A stretch of 64,000 bases of DNA from a virus (IMGVR_UViG_3300030330_004160:96001-160000); one strand, 5' to 3'. Counted from the stretch's first letter, positions 19,159-29,022 are shown. Translations and numbers: made by a program. Notes: a model not told the origin generated them from the letters alone.

Positions 19159-21114
19159 ATGGCTTATAAATTTCAATTAGGATCTGCTGTGCTCAGTGGT
19201 TCCGTAACATTCAAACAGTCACCTGAAATGAGCGCAGGATTGAACTTGAGTGAACAAAACATTATCAACGTTGGGCAAGTTAGTGCTGACGTTCTTCAGC
19301 CAGACGACGCTGCCGTTGGGCTTGACATCCAGTTTGAGGGAAACACTGGATTAAATAAAATCTCCCTTACCGACAACCTTTCTGATGCTCTTAACATCAA
19401 CCAAGGTGGAACTTCTTACTTGAAGTTTGCTACCACCGACGGTCAGGAAATGATTACTGCTGGCAAGACTGTAATGATTGATGGCAATACCAATATCATG
19501 TTCCGCGACACTGACATTGGTATCAACTCTGATAATGATGGAAAACTTCGTCTTCTCGCAGATTCTGAAGTTCACACCTATGTAGATGGTGCTACTCGCG
19601 TTAGTGTTACCTCTGCTGGTGCTTCTGTAACTGGTGTTCTTTCTGCTTCTAGCAACCTTCAGGTTGGCGGAACCGTTCGTCTTGACGGTGCTGCTGACGC
19701 CTCTTTCGATGTTGGCGCTGATTCTCTTTATTTCATGGATGGCGATGCCCTCGTGAAAAAAGATGCATTCTCTGATATTGTCGGTAGTGCTATTGCCGCC
19801 CAAGGTGGTTTGGCCACAGTACCTGGTTCCGGTCAATTTAGACTCAGTGGCTCCAACATGCAGGCTGGCGTTGTGTCTCTTGCTGACGATGAAATCGCTT
19901 TCATTGATGCTGATGGATCCGTTAAAAGAGAAGCTATTGCTGACTTCATGGGTCTCGTTGCTGGTACCGTTACTTCTACCGGTCTTTCTGACTCAAATGG
20001 TGTGCTTAAAGTTGACATTACCAGCCTTAACGCTGACACCTCTGTTGAAGACAGTAACGTAGTTATGGTTGACACCGGTGGTGGTACATTGGTTAAGATG
20101 ACTCGTGCAAACTTCATTGAGTCTGCTGCTCTTGATGCAATTAACATCGACGGTGGTGCTATTGATGGTGTTACTCTTGGTACCAACTCTGCTGTTACCA
20201 ACTCTAACTTCAGCATCCTTACCGCTTCTCACGCACAAATCACCAATCTTGACGTTGTGACCATCAACAGTGTTTCTCAAACTGAGACCACTCTTGAGAT
20301 CTCTGACAAATTGATTGTTGCTGCCCTTTCTGCTTCTTCTGCCAACTCTGCTGGTGGTGGTATTAAAATCGGTGGTGGCGCTGAGGCTACCGGTCACGCT
20401 TCTATCCTTTGGGATCATGGCAACTCTGCTCTTGACTTCAATATCGGTGGTACCACTGAGATTCGTCTCGCTGATGGTGTTCTCCGTCCAGAGTCTGACA
20501 ACGATGTTGACCTTGGTGCTTCTGGTGCTGAGTTCAAAGATCTTTACATCGATGGTACCGCTTACCTTGATGCTATTGACTTCAACGGAACTGCTATCTC
20601 TGCAACTGCTGCTGAGATCAACTACTTAGACAACGATGATCTTACTGCTGCTGACATCACCAAGCTTGCTGCTATTGACGCTTCTGCCGCTGAGATCAAC
20701 TTGCTTGATTCCGGTGCAGGTTCCAGTGTTACTCTTGCTGGTGGTGACGGAGTTCTTATGTTCGATGCTAGTGATTCTAATGATTGTAAAAAAGTTCTTA
20801 TGTCTGACATTAAGACTTTCATTGGTGCTGGTGTTGAGGCTGTTGCTTCTGGAAGTGACGGTGTAGTTCTTTCCGAAGGTCTTAACTTCTTTGGCGACCA
20901 TGGCGGAGCGATTTCTGCTACCATGCTTGACACTTCTACCGCAGGAACCAAGGTTCGTATCAAGGCTGGTTCTGACTGTAGTTCGACAAACACCTTGACC
21001 ATTAGTATGCAGGCTGCAAACACAGTTGACGGTGCTTCAAGCATTATTCTTGAATCCCCATTTGCTGCTGTTGAATGTGTATTAATCGCAAGTGGTTCTT
21101 GGAGAGTGTTCTAA
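19159..21114 (+). CDS. Abundant fibre-like structural protein
   Basis: Strong SD GGAGG; codon bias like the major capsid gene; A.AAEIN.LD repeats; C-terminal TVDG..LESPFAA domain. Confidence 0.8.
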   Translation: MAYKFQLGSAVLSGSVTFKQSPEMSAGLNLSEQNIINVGQVSADVLQPDDAAVGLDIQFEGNTGLNKISLTDNLSDALNINQGGTSYLKFATTDGQEMITAGKTVMIDGNTNIMFRDTDIGINSDNDGKLRLLADSEVHTYVDGATRVSVTSAGASVTGVLSASSNLQVGGTVRLDGAADASFDVGADSLYFMDGDALVKKDAFSDIVGSAIAAQGGLATVPGSGQFRLSGSNMQAGVVSLADDEIAFIDADGSVKREAIADFMGLVAGTVTSTGLSDSNGVLKVDITSLNADTSVEDSNVVMVDTGGGTLVKMTRANFIESAALDAINIDGGAIDGVTLGTNSAVTNSNFSILTASHAQITNLDVVTINSVSQTETTLEISDKLIVAALSASSANSAGGGIKIGGGAEATGHASILWDHGNSALDFNIGGTTEIRLADGVLRPESDNDVDLGASGAEFKDLYIDGTAYLDAIDFNGTAISATAAEINYLDNDDLTAADITKLAAIDASAAEINLLDSGAGSSVTLAGGDGVLMFDASDSNDCKKVLMSDIKTFIGAGVEAVASGSDGVVLSEGLNFFGDHGGAISATMLDTSTAGTKVRIKAGSDCSSTNTLTISMQAANTVDGASSIILESPFAAVECVLIASGSWRVF

Positions 21115-21136
21115 TCAATACTTCTTGTATATTTGT

Positions 21137-21168
21137 GGCGGGTGTCTTCGGGCACTCGCCCTTTTTTT
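21137..21168 (+). terminator. Rho-independent terminator (cUUCGg loop)
   Basis: GGCGGGTGTC TTCG GGCACTCGCC then CT7. Confidence 0.85.
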
Positions 21169-21196
21169 ATCTATTTACTACAAAAGGAGAAACAAT

Positions 21197-22045
21197 ATGG
21201 CTTTTGGATTTTCAAAAGGTGAGACAGTACAAGGCGACATTAAAGGTGCCGATGATGCTAACCGAGACACAAAGATTGACTTTGAAGAAGACCAAATCAA
21301 ACTAGTCACAGGGGGAGCGGATACCTTTCAAGTATCAGGCTCCACTGTTGTGTCGAAGGCCATGGTTATCACAGGAAGTGAAGTTCCAAATACATTTGCC
21401 ACCACTACATCAACGGCTTTGGTCACCTATGGATCAATTGAGATTAAAACCACAGGCAATACCGAGGCATTGAGAATAACAAAAGAAAACAATAGTGATG
21501 TTAGAGAGATAGTATTTGAAAATGCCGGTACCGACGCCCAAGAGATCTACACTACAGGAGATGCCTTGGTCATTAGAAATGGCATCAACAATGAAGATAT
21601 CGTGTTTCGACTTAAAAGCAACGGGTCCAACACGAATATGTTCCGCCTTGATGCATCTGCTAAAAACATTTCCATTAACAACCCGCCAGTCATACTTGAC
21701 CAATGCATCACTAACAACGGCGGCTATGCTGGGAGGGTTACCAGTGTAACCAGCACATATACAGTGGCTGATGGTGATTGGCTGTTGGCCTGTAGTGGAG
21801 ACTCTACAAAGACGATCAATCTTCCAGCGGCCTCCAGCAATACCGGCAGGGTTCTTCATATTAAAGATATTGACGGTAATGCAAACTCTTATAACATAAC
21901 GCTAGATGGAAACGGCTCAGAGACTATTGACGGAAGTACAACATATACAATCACACAAAATAGAGCATCAGTGACAATAGTGTGCACCGGTGTGACATGG
22001 GCTATAGTCTCAATGTACAGCGGACCTCCCCCAGGTGGGCCATAG
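21197..22045 (+). CDS. Fibre-like structural protein
   Basis: SD AGGAG; CTATTTA at 21171; D.DTKI.F motif; C-terminal LPAA..GR..IKD..TIDG domain. Confidence 0.75.
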   Translation: MAFGFSKGETVQGDIKGADDANRDTKIDFEEDQIKLVTGGADTFQVSGSTVVSKAMVITGSEVPNTFATTTSTALVTYGSIEIKTTGNTEALRITKENNSDVREIVFENAGTDAQEIYTTGDALVIRNGINNEDIVFRLKSNGSNTNMFRLDASAKNISINNPPVILDQCITNNGGYAGRVTSVTSTYTVADGDWLLACSGDSTKTINLPAASSNTGRVLHIKDIDGNANSYNITLDGNGSETIDGSTTYTITQNRASVTIVCTGVTWAIVSMYSGPPPGGP

Positions 22046-22082
22046 CCTAATTAAATCCAATTGTCCTTTTCTACGTAATCCT

Positions 22083-22090
22083 ACTATTTA
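22083..22090 (+). promoter_or_regulatory. Putative late promoter ACTATTTA (scaffold/capsid operon)
   Basis: Intergenic recurrent motif. Confidence 0.7.
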
Positions 22091-22123
22091 TTGTAGAATA
22101 TTATTACTTTAGGAGATAAATGA

Positions 22124-23326
22124 ATGTCGTCTATGTTAGAACAAGCGATCATTGATGCTGCTGCACTTCGTGAAGCGGCTCTTAAAAATGCAGAGCAAGC
22201 CATCATTGAGAAATACGCCCCAGAGGTCAAAGCCGCTGTGGCACAACTTTTAGAATCTGATGGTTCTCGGTTCACAAAAGGCCAGACCGTTAATTACGAA
22301 GGTCGCCAAGCCACCGTCACCGTTGAAAGCGAAGAAGGCCAAGTGGGCATCAAAGAAGAAAATGGAAAGACCTACTTGGTACAAGAATCTGATCTCCAAG
22401 AAGTTAGCGATTCAATACTTGAAGAAGAGTCTGATGTTGTTGAGGAAGAAGATAAGTCATCTGGTATCCCCATGGCGGCTGTTGATTTGACTGGAGAAGG
22501 TCTGGAAGAAGGCGAGCAAGTTATTTTTGAATTTACCGCTGATGATTTTCTTGAAGAAGAAAAAGACCAACCAGCAGGTGAAAGCGGTCTAGACGCAATG
22601 TCTGGTGAATCCACCGCCGCTGTCGAACCAGCAGAGCCAGAAACAACTCAGCCTGGTGAGGGAGCAAAAGAGCCCGACGATGTCTTGAACCTTACTGAGG
22701 AAGAAGACACGCTTCAAGAACTTATTGATATTTTAAACGAATTTAATGAAGAAGAGACCCTTGAGGAAGAAACCTTAGAAGAAGAACTGGTTGTTGATAT
22801 GGCCGGAGAGCACAAAGATGGCACATTTCAAACAGACGAGGGAACTCTTGAATATTACCAAGAGATGGAGTTGGCCAAGCAAGAAGCCACAAAAGCCAAA
22901 GAGGACAATGAAGAACTGTCTAAAAAGCTTGAGGAACTTGACGAAGTTAAGAAAAACTTCGAAGAAAAAAACAACCAACTTTTATCTGTCATTGAAGATT
23001 TAAATGAGAAGTTACAAAGTACACTTCTCTCAAACGCAAAGTTACTTTACTCTAATCGTGCATTAAATGATGCCTCCTTGAATGAGCGACAAAAAACGAA
23101 AATTGTCGAAGCCATCAATAAAGCACAATCCGTAGAAGAAGCCAAGAACCTCCATGAAACTCTCAGAGTTACAGTGGGACAAACTCAACGAAGAGGTCCG
23201 CAATCACTTAACGAGACCGTATCTAGACGTTCAAATCTTTCTTCTATGATGACAAGCAAAAAACAAAATTCCGCTCCAACTGACAACTTCTCCGAAAGAA
23301 TGCGTCGTTTGGCCGGGATTAAATAA
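22124..23326 (+). CDS. Prohead scaffolding/core protein (gp22-like)
   Basis: Very acidic coiled coil directly upstream of capsid; many L-x-E sites; C-terminal RMRRLAGI. Confidence 0.85.
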   Translation: MSSMLEQAIIDAAALREAALKNAEQAIIEKYAPEVKAAVAQLLESDGSRFTKGQTVNYEGRQATVTVESEEGQVGIKEENGKTYLVQESDLQEVSDSILEEESDVVEEEDKSSGIPMAAVDLTGEGLEEGEQVIFEFTADDFLEEEKDQPAGESGLDAMSGESTAAVEPAEPETTQPGEGAKEPDDVLNLTEEEDTLQELIDILNEFNEEETLEEETLEEELVVDMAGEHKDGTFQTDEGTLEYYQEMELAKQEATKAKEDNEELSKKLEELDEVKKNFEEKNNQLLSVIEDLNEKLQSTLLSNAKLLYSNRALNDASLNERQKTKIVEAINKAQSVEEAKNLHETLRVTVGQTQRRGPQSLNETVSRRSNLSSMMTSKKQNSAPTDNFSERMRRLAGIK

Positions 23327-23352
23327 TATAAAATACTTTAGGAGGTATTATA

Positions 23353-25206
23353 ATGTCTGTATTAAATAAACTTACTGAAGGCATCGTAAACCGCAACATG
23401 GCTCAAGAAGGCCAAGCACTTCTTGACAAATGGTCTCAAACCGGTCTACTTGAAGGTCTTCAAACAGAGCATGATCGTCATAACATGGCGCGCCTGCTTG
23501 AAAACCAAGCAAAAGAACTTCTTCGTGAATCTTCCAGCATGACCGCTGGTGATGTTGAAGGTTTCGCTGCTGTTGCTTTCCCAATCGTTCGTCGTGTATT
23601 CGCCGGACTTATTGCTAACGATCTTGTTAGCGTTCAGCCCATGAGTCTTCCTTCTGGTCTGATTTTCTTCCTTGACTTCACCTACTCCGGTGAACTTGGA
23701 ACCGGTAGTCAACTTTCCCGCATGGGTAACAAAGCCGGAAACTCCATCTATGGTACCGACCGTGTTGGTTCTGGCATCATCAATGGTGTTAACCTTGCTG
23801 ATAGTAAAGGTGGAGACCAGTCTGGTCTGCTTCGTGCAGGTGCTACTGGTTATGCTTACGGTTCTCCAACCGGCTCTAGCGCTGAGGCTACTAGTGGTTT
23901 GGGCAACGCTGCTGTTGTTGCTACCATTAACTTGGACGGTTCTCTGACCGAGACCCAGCAGGCTCTTCTGGAATTTGATCCTGATCTTATTTCTAAAAGC
24001 GCTGGATCTGTCATTGTCCTGGATATCGCAGAATCCAAGTTCACCAACATGGATTATGAAAATCTTTCTGCCATGTCTCTTGTAGACTGCGCCGACCAAG
24101 CTAACACAACCGGTCTTGCTGCTGACCTGAATGCAAGTGCTAACACCACAGTTACCGCCATTAGCAACATTCAGCAGGTTCGTCGTCTGACTAAGCGAGT
24201 TTCTACCGATACTCGTGGTGCTCCTTACCAGTCTGGGCTTACTTCTCAGGCTGCTGCTGTTCGATTCTTCATTGCTTCTGATGAGACTCAAGTAGAATCA
24301 CTAACTGCCGTTGTTGTTGGTGCTGCTCTTCCAGCAGGAACTGTTAAGCATCCAGTAGAAGACACCATTGGTGTTAAGTCAAGTGGTGGTGGTGCTTTGG
24401 ATACCTACACTAACCTTCTGGAAGGAGTTGCTGATATTCCTGAGATCGACATCAAAGTTGATTCCAGTGCAATCACCGCTCAGACCAAGAAGTTGAAAGC
24501 TAAGTGGACCCCTGAACTTGGACAAGATCTTCAGGCTTATCACAACCTTGATGCCGAGGTTGAGTTGACCTCTATTCTTTCCGAGCAGATCGCTCTTGAG
24601 ATTGATCGTGAGATCCTTGCTGATCTTGTAAACGGTGCAACTGCTTCTACCTTTTACTGGAGTCGTTCACCTGGTATTTTCGTTAATCGTACAACTGGTG
24701 CACAACTTGGAGCGTCTTCTGGTGTTCCTGATTTCACCGGTACTGTTTCCGAATGGTACGAGACCCTTATTGAAACCATCAACGATGTTTCTGCTCAGAT
24801 CCATCGTAAGACCCTTCGTGGTGGTGCTAACTTCGTTGTCTGTGGACCTGAAGTTGCCAACATCATGGAGTTCACCGCTGGTTTCCGTGCTAACGTTACC
24901 GCTGACGCTGACAAAGGCGACATCGGAGCCGTTAACGTAGGTAATCTCAACCGTAAGTTCGACGTTGTTGTTGATCCTTACTTCCCACGTAACGTTGTAC
25001 TTGTAGGACGTCGTGGTAACTCTTTCCTTGAGAGTGGATATGTGTATGCGCCTTACGTGCCTCTCCAGACCACTCCTACCATCTTCGGGCCAGAGGACTT
25101 TGTACCTCGTAAGGGTGTTATGACCCGTTATGCCAAGAAAATGGTTCGTCCAGATATGTACGGTCTTGTTATCGTTCGTGGACTTCTTGGAGAAGAGATT
25201 CCATAA
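23353..25206 (+). CDS. Major capsid protein (T4 gp23-like) with large insertion
   Basis: KW...LLEG, LLENQ, PIVRR...VQPM..PSGLIF, LKAKWTPELGQDLQAYH.LDAE.EL, YAPYVPL, P.KGVMTRY. Confidence 0.98.
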   Translation: MSVLNKLTEGIVNRNMAQEGQALLDKWSQTGLLEGLQTEHDRHNMARLLENQAKELLRESSSMTAGDVEGFAAVAFPIVRRVFAGLIANDLVSVQPMSLPSGLIFFLDFTYSGELGTGSQLSRMGNKAGNSIYGTDRVGSGIINGVNLADSKGGDQSGLLRAGATGYAYGSPTGSSAEATSGLGNAAVVATINLDGSLTETQQALLEFDPDLISKSAGSVIVLDIAESKFTNMDYENLSAMSLVDCADQANTTGLAADLNASANTTVTAISNIQQVRRLTKRVSTDTRGAPYQSGLTSQAAAVRFFIASDETQVESLTAVVVGAALPAGTVKHPVEDTIGVKSSGGGALDTYTNLLEGVADIPEIDIKVDSSAITAQTKKLKAKWTPELGQDLQAYHNLDAEVELTSILSEQIALEIDREILADLVNGATASTFYWSRSPGIFVNRTTGAQLGASSGVPDFTGTVSEWYETLIETINDVSAQIHRKTLRGGANFVVCGPEVANIMEFTAGFRANVTADADKGDIGAVNVGNLNRKFDVVVDPYFPRNVVLVGRRGNSFLESGYVYAPYVPLQTTPTIFGPEDFVPRKGVMTRYAKKMVRPDMYGLVIVRGLLGEEIP

Positions 25207-25231
25207 ACTTAAGTTTAGGATAATAAAAAAT

Positions 25232-25260
25232 GCCCTCGGTGAATTTTCACCGGGGGTTTT
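25232..25260 (+). terminator. Rho-independent terminator after capsid gene
   Basis: GCCCTCGGTGAA..TTCACCGGGGGT followed by T-run. Confidence 0.8.
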
Positions 25261-25272
25261 CTATTTGAGACT

Positions 25273-25280
25273 ACTATTTA
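25273..25280 (+). promoter_or_regulatory. Putative late promoter ACTATTTA
   Basis: Between terminator and next gene. Confidence 0.65.
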
Positions 25281-25329
25281 CTTTTGATTACACACTAAGA
25301 AGTGTTAAAATTTTAAGGAGATTTTTAAT

Positions 25330-25812
25330 ATGCCAACGCCAGGAAGATCAGCATTTAATTCATCAAAGATGAGAGTCGAAACTGTTGCTGCTGACAAAAC
25401 AATCGCAGGGAGCGAAACCGGGGAGTTTTATCTACTCGGAGACGTAAAAGGAAACACGATCACCCTACCACCACCCGTTCAAGGAAGGTATGTGTCTTTC
25501 AAGTTCATTGAAGAACTGAGAATCACTGCGGTGACTACGACACACTTTACCCTTCAGACCGCTACAGGGTCAGTTCATCTCAAAGGTGCTTGTACTATGA
25601 TTTCTGCTTCTCACAATCATGATGTGGGCTCTCCATATTCTCAAGGTTCGAAAAGTACCGCCAATGATTACAAATTTGTTATCGGTGGAAATGGAAACCA
25701 TGACCTTGCTCATGGAAGCACGATTGACTGTATCTCTGATGGTAGCCATTGGTACTTGGATTCTCACCTTGTAGTTACCAATCTCGCCGTATCAGGTGCA
25801 TTCGCACAATAA
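25330..25812 (+). CDS. Hypothetical virion (capsid decoration-like) protein
   Basis: Own promoter and terminator next to capsid; ITLP..G...I...DG..W pattern resembles fibre C-terminal domain. Confidence 0.6.
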   Translation: MPTPGRSAFNSSKMRVETVAADKTIAGSETGEFYLLGDVKGNTITLPPPVQGRYVSFKFIEELRITAVTTTHFTLQTATGSVHLKGACTMISASHNHDVGSPYSQGSKSTANDYKFVIGGNGNHDLAHGSTIDCISDGSHWYLDSHLVVTNLAVSGAFAQ

Positions 25813-25836
25813 TATATTCAAACATATTTTGTTATT

Positions 25837-25858
25837 AGCCCACATTTGTGGGCTTTTT
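25837..25858 (+). terminator. Rho-independent terminator
   Basis: AGCCCACA TT TGTGGGCT TTTT. Confidence 0.75.
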
Positions 25859-25896
25859 GTTTTTGAACTATTTATATTATAAACCAAAGGTGATAC

Positions 25897-26205
25897 ATGG
25901 CAAGAAGAAGAAGAATGATCCGTCGGGCAAGAAGACAAGCAAGACTGGCTCAAATCGCAGCAGAGAAAAGTCAATCAACAGTTACCGTTGCAGAGATTAA
26001 AGTAGAAGCAACCCCAGAACCTGTTGTAGAAACTAAAGTAGAAGCAACCCCAGAACCCGTTGTGGAAGAGAAAGTACAAACCGCTCAGACAAAGCCCAAG
26101 GCTAAGACAACTAGAAAACCAAGAGCAACCAAAAAAAGTACAACTACCACTCGCAAGAAAAGAGCGACTAAGAAAGAAAAGTCTTTAACTACCAAAGAAG
26201 ACTAG
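25897..26205 (+). CDS. Small basic low-complexity protein (Arg-rich N-terminus, Lys/Thr-rich C-terminus)
   Basis: MARRRRMIRRARR; ACTATTTA at 25867; SD AGGTG. Confidence 0.7.
   Translation: MARRRRMIRRARRQARLAQIAAEKSQSTVTVAEIKVEATPEPVVETKVEATPEPVVEEKVQTAQTKPKAKTTRKPRATKKSTTTTRKKRATKKEKSLTTKED
25998..26067 (+). repeat. 36-bp-period tandem repeat (KVEATPEPVVE x2)
   Basis: TAAAGTAGAAGCAACCCCAGAACC at 25998 and 26034. Confidence 0.9.
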
Positions 26206-26229
26206 TTATAGTGATCGGAGATTTTATGT

Positions 26230-27519
26230 ATGGCTTTCCCCACACTTACACCCACTAGTCAAACTAGTGCAGTTATATTGCCTGCGACAGGCACTTATGA
26301 CGATGTTGCATCAACATTGCCCGTCGGAGTATACTCAGAGTCAGAGGATTTTTTGTCTGGTGCCGCTGCACAAGTTAATTACACTTATAGAAAACTTGGC
26401 GGGGATGTATTAGATATTGAACTTAAGGCAGAAAATGTTTATGCCAACTATGAAGAGGCAGTCTTAGAGTATTCTTATTTGTTAAATATCCATCAGTCTA
26501 AAAATGCACTAGGATCAGCGCTTGGAAATACCACAGGGTCCTTCTCTCACACAGGACAGTTTTCTGGATCTCTTACAGAAGATGGTCAATTTGTATCTGG
26601 GAGTGCTTCTAACAAAAGCGCTAATGTCAAATTTCCTAAAATGAAGTTTGAAATGACCACCAGAGCAGCGGATTTTTACTCCAACCAAGCGTCTATTGGC
26701 GGCATTGAGCCCATATATTCTGCTTCCTTTGATAGTGTGAGGGATAAGCAAGATTATGATTTACAATCTATTGTTGAAACCGCTGCAACTGATGAGTCCT
26801 CTCCATTTTACAACAAGGTTGATAATAAAAGAATATTCATCAAGCAGGTCTTCTATAGAACACCGCAAGCAATGTGGAGATTCTATGGATATTATGGAGG
26901 TTTGAACGTAGTAGGCGACTTATACACCTACGGACAGTACGCAGACGATAGCACCTTTCAAGTTGTGCCAACTTGGCAAAATAAGATACAAGCAGTGATG
27001 TTTGAGGACCACTTGTACACTAGAACTTCACATTACTCTTACGAGGTTATCAACAATAAGTTAAGATTGTTTCCAATCCCAACCTCCGAGAGCCCAGATA
27101 AGTTTTGGATTAAGTTCTCAATCAAGTCTGATGCTTTTGAGGCTAACGATGACTTTGATGATGGCATCAACGGCGTTAACAACATGGGCAACTTACCCTT
27201 TGAAAACATTCCATATGTATCAATAAACTCCATAGGTAAGCAATGGATACGTAGATTCGCCTTGGCTTTGTCCAAGGAGACACTTGGCCAAATTAGAGGA
27301 AAATTCGGAGGAAACATCCCAATCCCAGGAGACTCGGTTACCCTAAACTCCTCAGATCTGCTTTCCCAAGCGAAAGATGAGCAAAATGCCTTGAGAGATG
27401 AACTAAAAACCATATTAGACGAGATGACATATGATAAGGTTGCCGAAAGAGACGTTGCTTTGAACGACAGTGTGAACAAAGTACAAGAAAAGATTCCTCT
27501 TCCGGTATTCGTGGGGTAG
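26230..27519 (+). CDS. Neck protein (T4 gp13-like)
   Basis: RKLGG.VLDIEL; W...ALAL.KE.LG..RGKF...P.PG..V.LN...L. Confidence 0.85.
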   Translation: MAFPTLTPTSQTSAVILPATGTYDDVASTLPVGVYSESEDFLSGAAAQVNYTYRKLGGDVLDIELKAENVYANYEEAVLEYSYLLNIHQSKNALGSALGNTTGSFSHTGQFSGSLTEDGQFVSGSASNKSANVKFPKMKFEMTTRAADFYSNQASIGGIEPIYSASFDSVRDKQDYDLQSIVETAATDESSPFYNKVDNKRIFIKQVFYRTPQAMWRFYGYYGGLNVVGDLYTYGQYADDSTFQVVPTWQNKIQAVMFEDHLYTRTSHYSYEVINNKLRLFPIPTSESPDKFWIKFSIKSDAFEANDDFDDGINGVNNMGNLPFENIPYVSINSIGKQWIRRFALALSKETLGQIRGKFGGNIPIPGDSVTLNSSDLLSQAKDEQNALRDELKTILDEMTYDKVAERDVALNDSVNKVQEKIPLPVFVG

Positions 27520-27523
27520 ATAA

Positions 27524-28015
27524 ATGGCTGACAATAGATGGAAAAAGCCCGGAACTCCTCCTCCTCCGTTGTTTTTTGGAGATAAAGAAAGAGATCTTGT
27601 AAAGCAAGTTAATGATGAAATAATCGAAAGGGTTATTGGTCAACAAGTTCTTTATTTTCCAATTGATATGGCCCATACAAACTTTCACCCCCTATATGGT
27701 GAGGCAATAGAAAAAACTTTTTTGTCACCCATTAGAGTCTTTGCCTTAGTTGAGTTCGCAGGGACGGAAACAGACCACCTAGACAATGTTGGTGTTGACC
27801 GGACGTATGGCGTCACGGTTCACTTTCATAACAGACGCCTAACTGAGGATCAAGATTTATACGTTCGTGAGGGTGACTTCATTAGATATGGCGATACTTA
27901 CTATGAGATAGTTAGTTGGCAGTTAAACAGACAGTTATTCGGCCAAATACAACATACATTTGAAATCACAGCCGAATGTATAAGAGCAAGGGACGGACTT
28001 TTCAATGGCTTATAG
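27524..28015 (+). CDS. Neck/head-closure protein (gp14-like)
   Basis: E.IE...GQ.V.Y...LYGE; EGDFI....YYEI; synteny. Confidence 0.8.
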   Translation: MADNRWKKPGTPPPPLFFGDKERDLVKQVNDEIIERVIGQQVLYFPIDMAHTNFHPLYGEAIEKTFLSPIRVFALVEFAGTETDHLDNVGVDRTYGVTVHFHNRRLTEDQDLYVREGDFIRYGDTYYEIVSWQLNRQLFGQIQHTFEITAECIRARDGLFNGL

Positions 28016-28991
28016 ATCAATAGGACCACCAGGTCCTCCCCCCGGAGCACCACCAGTTGGCAGCGACAGCCCAAGCACAAGCAATACAAGCGGAAAAGAT
28101 AGCAAATCAGCGGACTGCAATGATGCTTCAAAAGATGCCTGTGGTGGTGCTAGTTTAATGCACCCGTCAACCTTGGAAACCATCGACACAGGTTTTTACA
28201 GTTTTATTGATGAAAAGTTTGACATCTCAACTGAAACTAACGACGGATGGAAAAAGGTTCCGGTTATTTGGGTGGGTGCTGAAAGAGCATTTCAAATCAA
28301 GAACGACTGGAGAATCAGAACTTCTGACGGTCAGGTAATATTGCCTGTTGTAACGATAGAGAGGACCTCAGTCACTAAAGACCCAACCTTTAAGGGTGGC
28401 GTCCAAGCAAATGTTTTAAATAATATCTTAGAACCTAGGGGCTATCGTGGTGGTGGGTTGCCTATTTCACAAAGAATAAATCAAGAGCGAACTAGAAATT
28501 TTGCAAATGCCGATCAAAAAAGAAGATTCGGCGCAAATGATAATATTGACAAGAAATTTGAAAAACAAAACAAAAAGATTGTATATGAAACAGTTTATAT
28601 GCCGGTGCCTACATATATAAACATAATATATTCCATAACGCTGAGGTCAGAATACCAACAGCAACTAAATACTATGCTAACACCATTTATCACAAGGACA
28701 GGACAGATCAATTCCTTCTCCTTTACACAAGATGGCCATAGATTTGAAGCCTTCATTCAACAAGACTTCTCACAAAACAACAACCTCTCCAATCTTGGCT
28801 CAGATGAGAGAATGTTTATGTCTAAAGTAGACATCAAGGTACTTGGATACTTGATTGGCGATGGGAAGAACAACGCAGAGCCGCAAACAACAGTTCAAGA
28901 AACTGTTGTTGAAATTAAGACTATTAGAGAGAGAACTATTTTCGGTGATGAAAAACCATGGAGAACCGATAATAAGAAATATAGAGAGTAG
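28005..28991 (+). CDS. Tail terminator/sheath stabiliser (gp15-like)
   Basis: KVPVIW...ER; ILPV..I.R; PVP.Y..I.Y.I; between neck and sheath. Confidence 0.75.
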   Translation: MAYRSIGPPGPPPGAPPVGSDSPSTSNTSGKDSKSADCNDASKDACGGASLMHPSTLETIDTGFYSFIDEKFDISTETNDGWKKVPVIWVGAERAFQIKNDWRIRTSDGQVILPVVTIERTSVTKDPTFKGGVQANVLNNILEPRGYRGGGLPISQRINQERTRNFANADQKRRFGANDNIDKKFEKQNKKIVYETVYMPVPTYINIIYSITLRSEYQQQLNTMLTPFITRTGQINSFSFTQDGHRFEAFIQQDFSQNNNLSNLGSDERMFMSKVDIKVLGYLIGDGKNNAEPQTTVQETVVEIKTIRERTIFGDEKPWRTDNKKYRE

Positions 28992-29014
28992 ATAGTGTTT
29001 TAGTACATTTTCAT

Positions 29015-29022
29015 ACTATTTA
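29015..29022 (+). promoter_or_regulatory. Putative late promoter ACTATTTA (sheath)
   Basis: Intergenic recurrent motif. Confidence 0.7.

Noticed and set aside
11560-21196. Upstream starts given in the ORF track for 11560, 11954 and 21092 (also 4488, 43522, 55737, 62112, 62849)
   Set aside because: They overlap upstream genes, terminators or the tRNA; downstream ATGs with SD or coupling fit better
23446-24291. Long minus-strand ORFs (281 aa opposite the capsid gene; others opposite 19159-21114 and elsewhere)
   Set aside because: Antisense shadows of strongly codon-biased genes, with no motifs or expression signals
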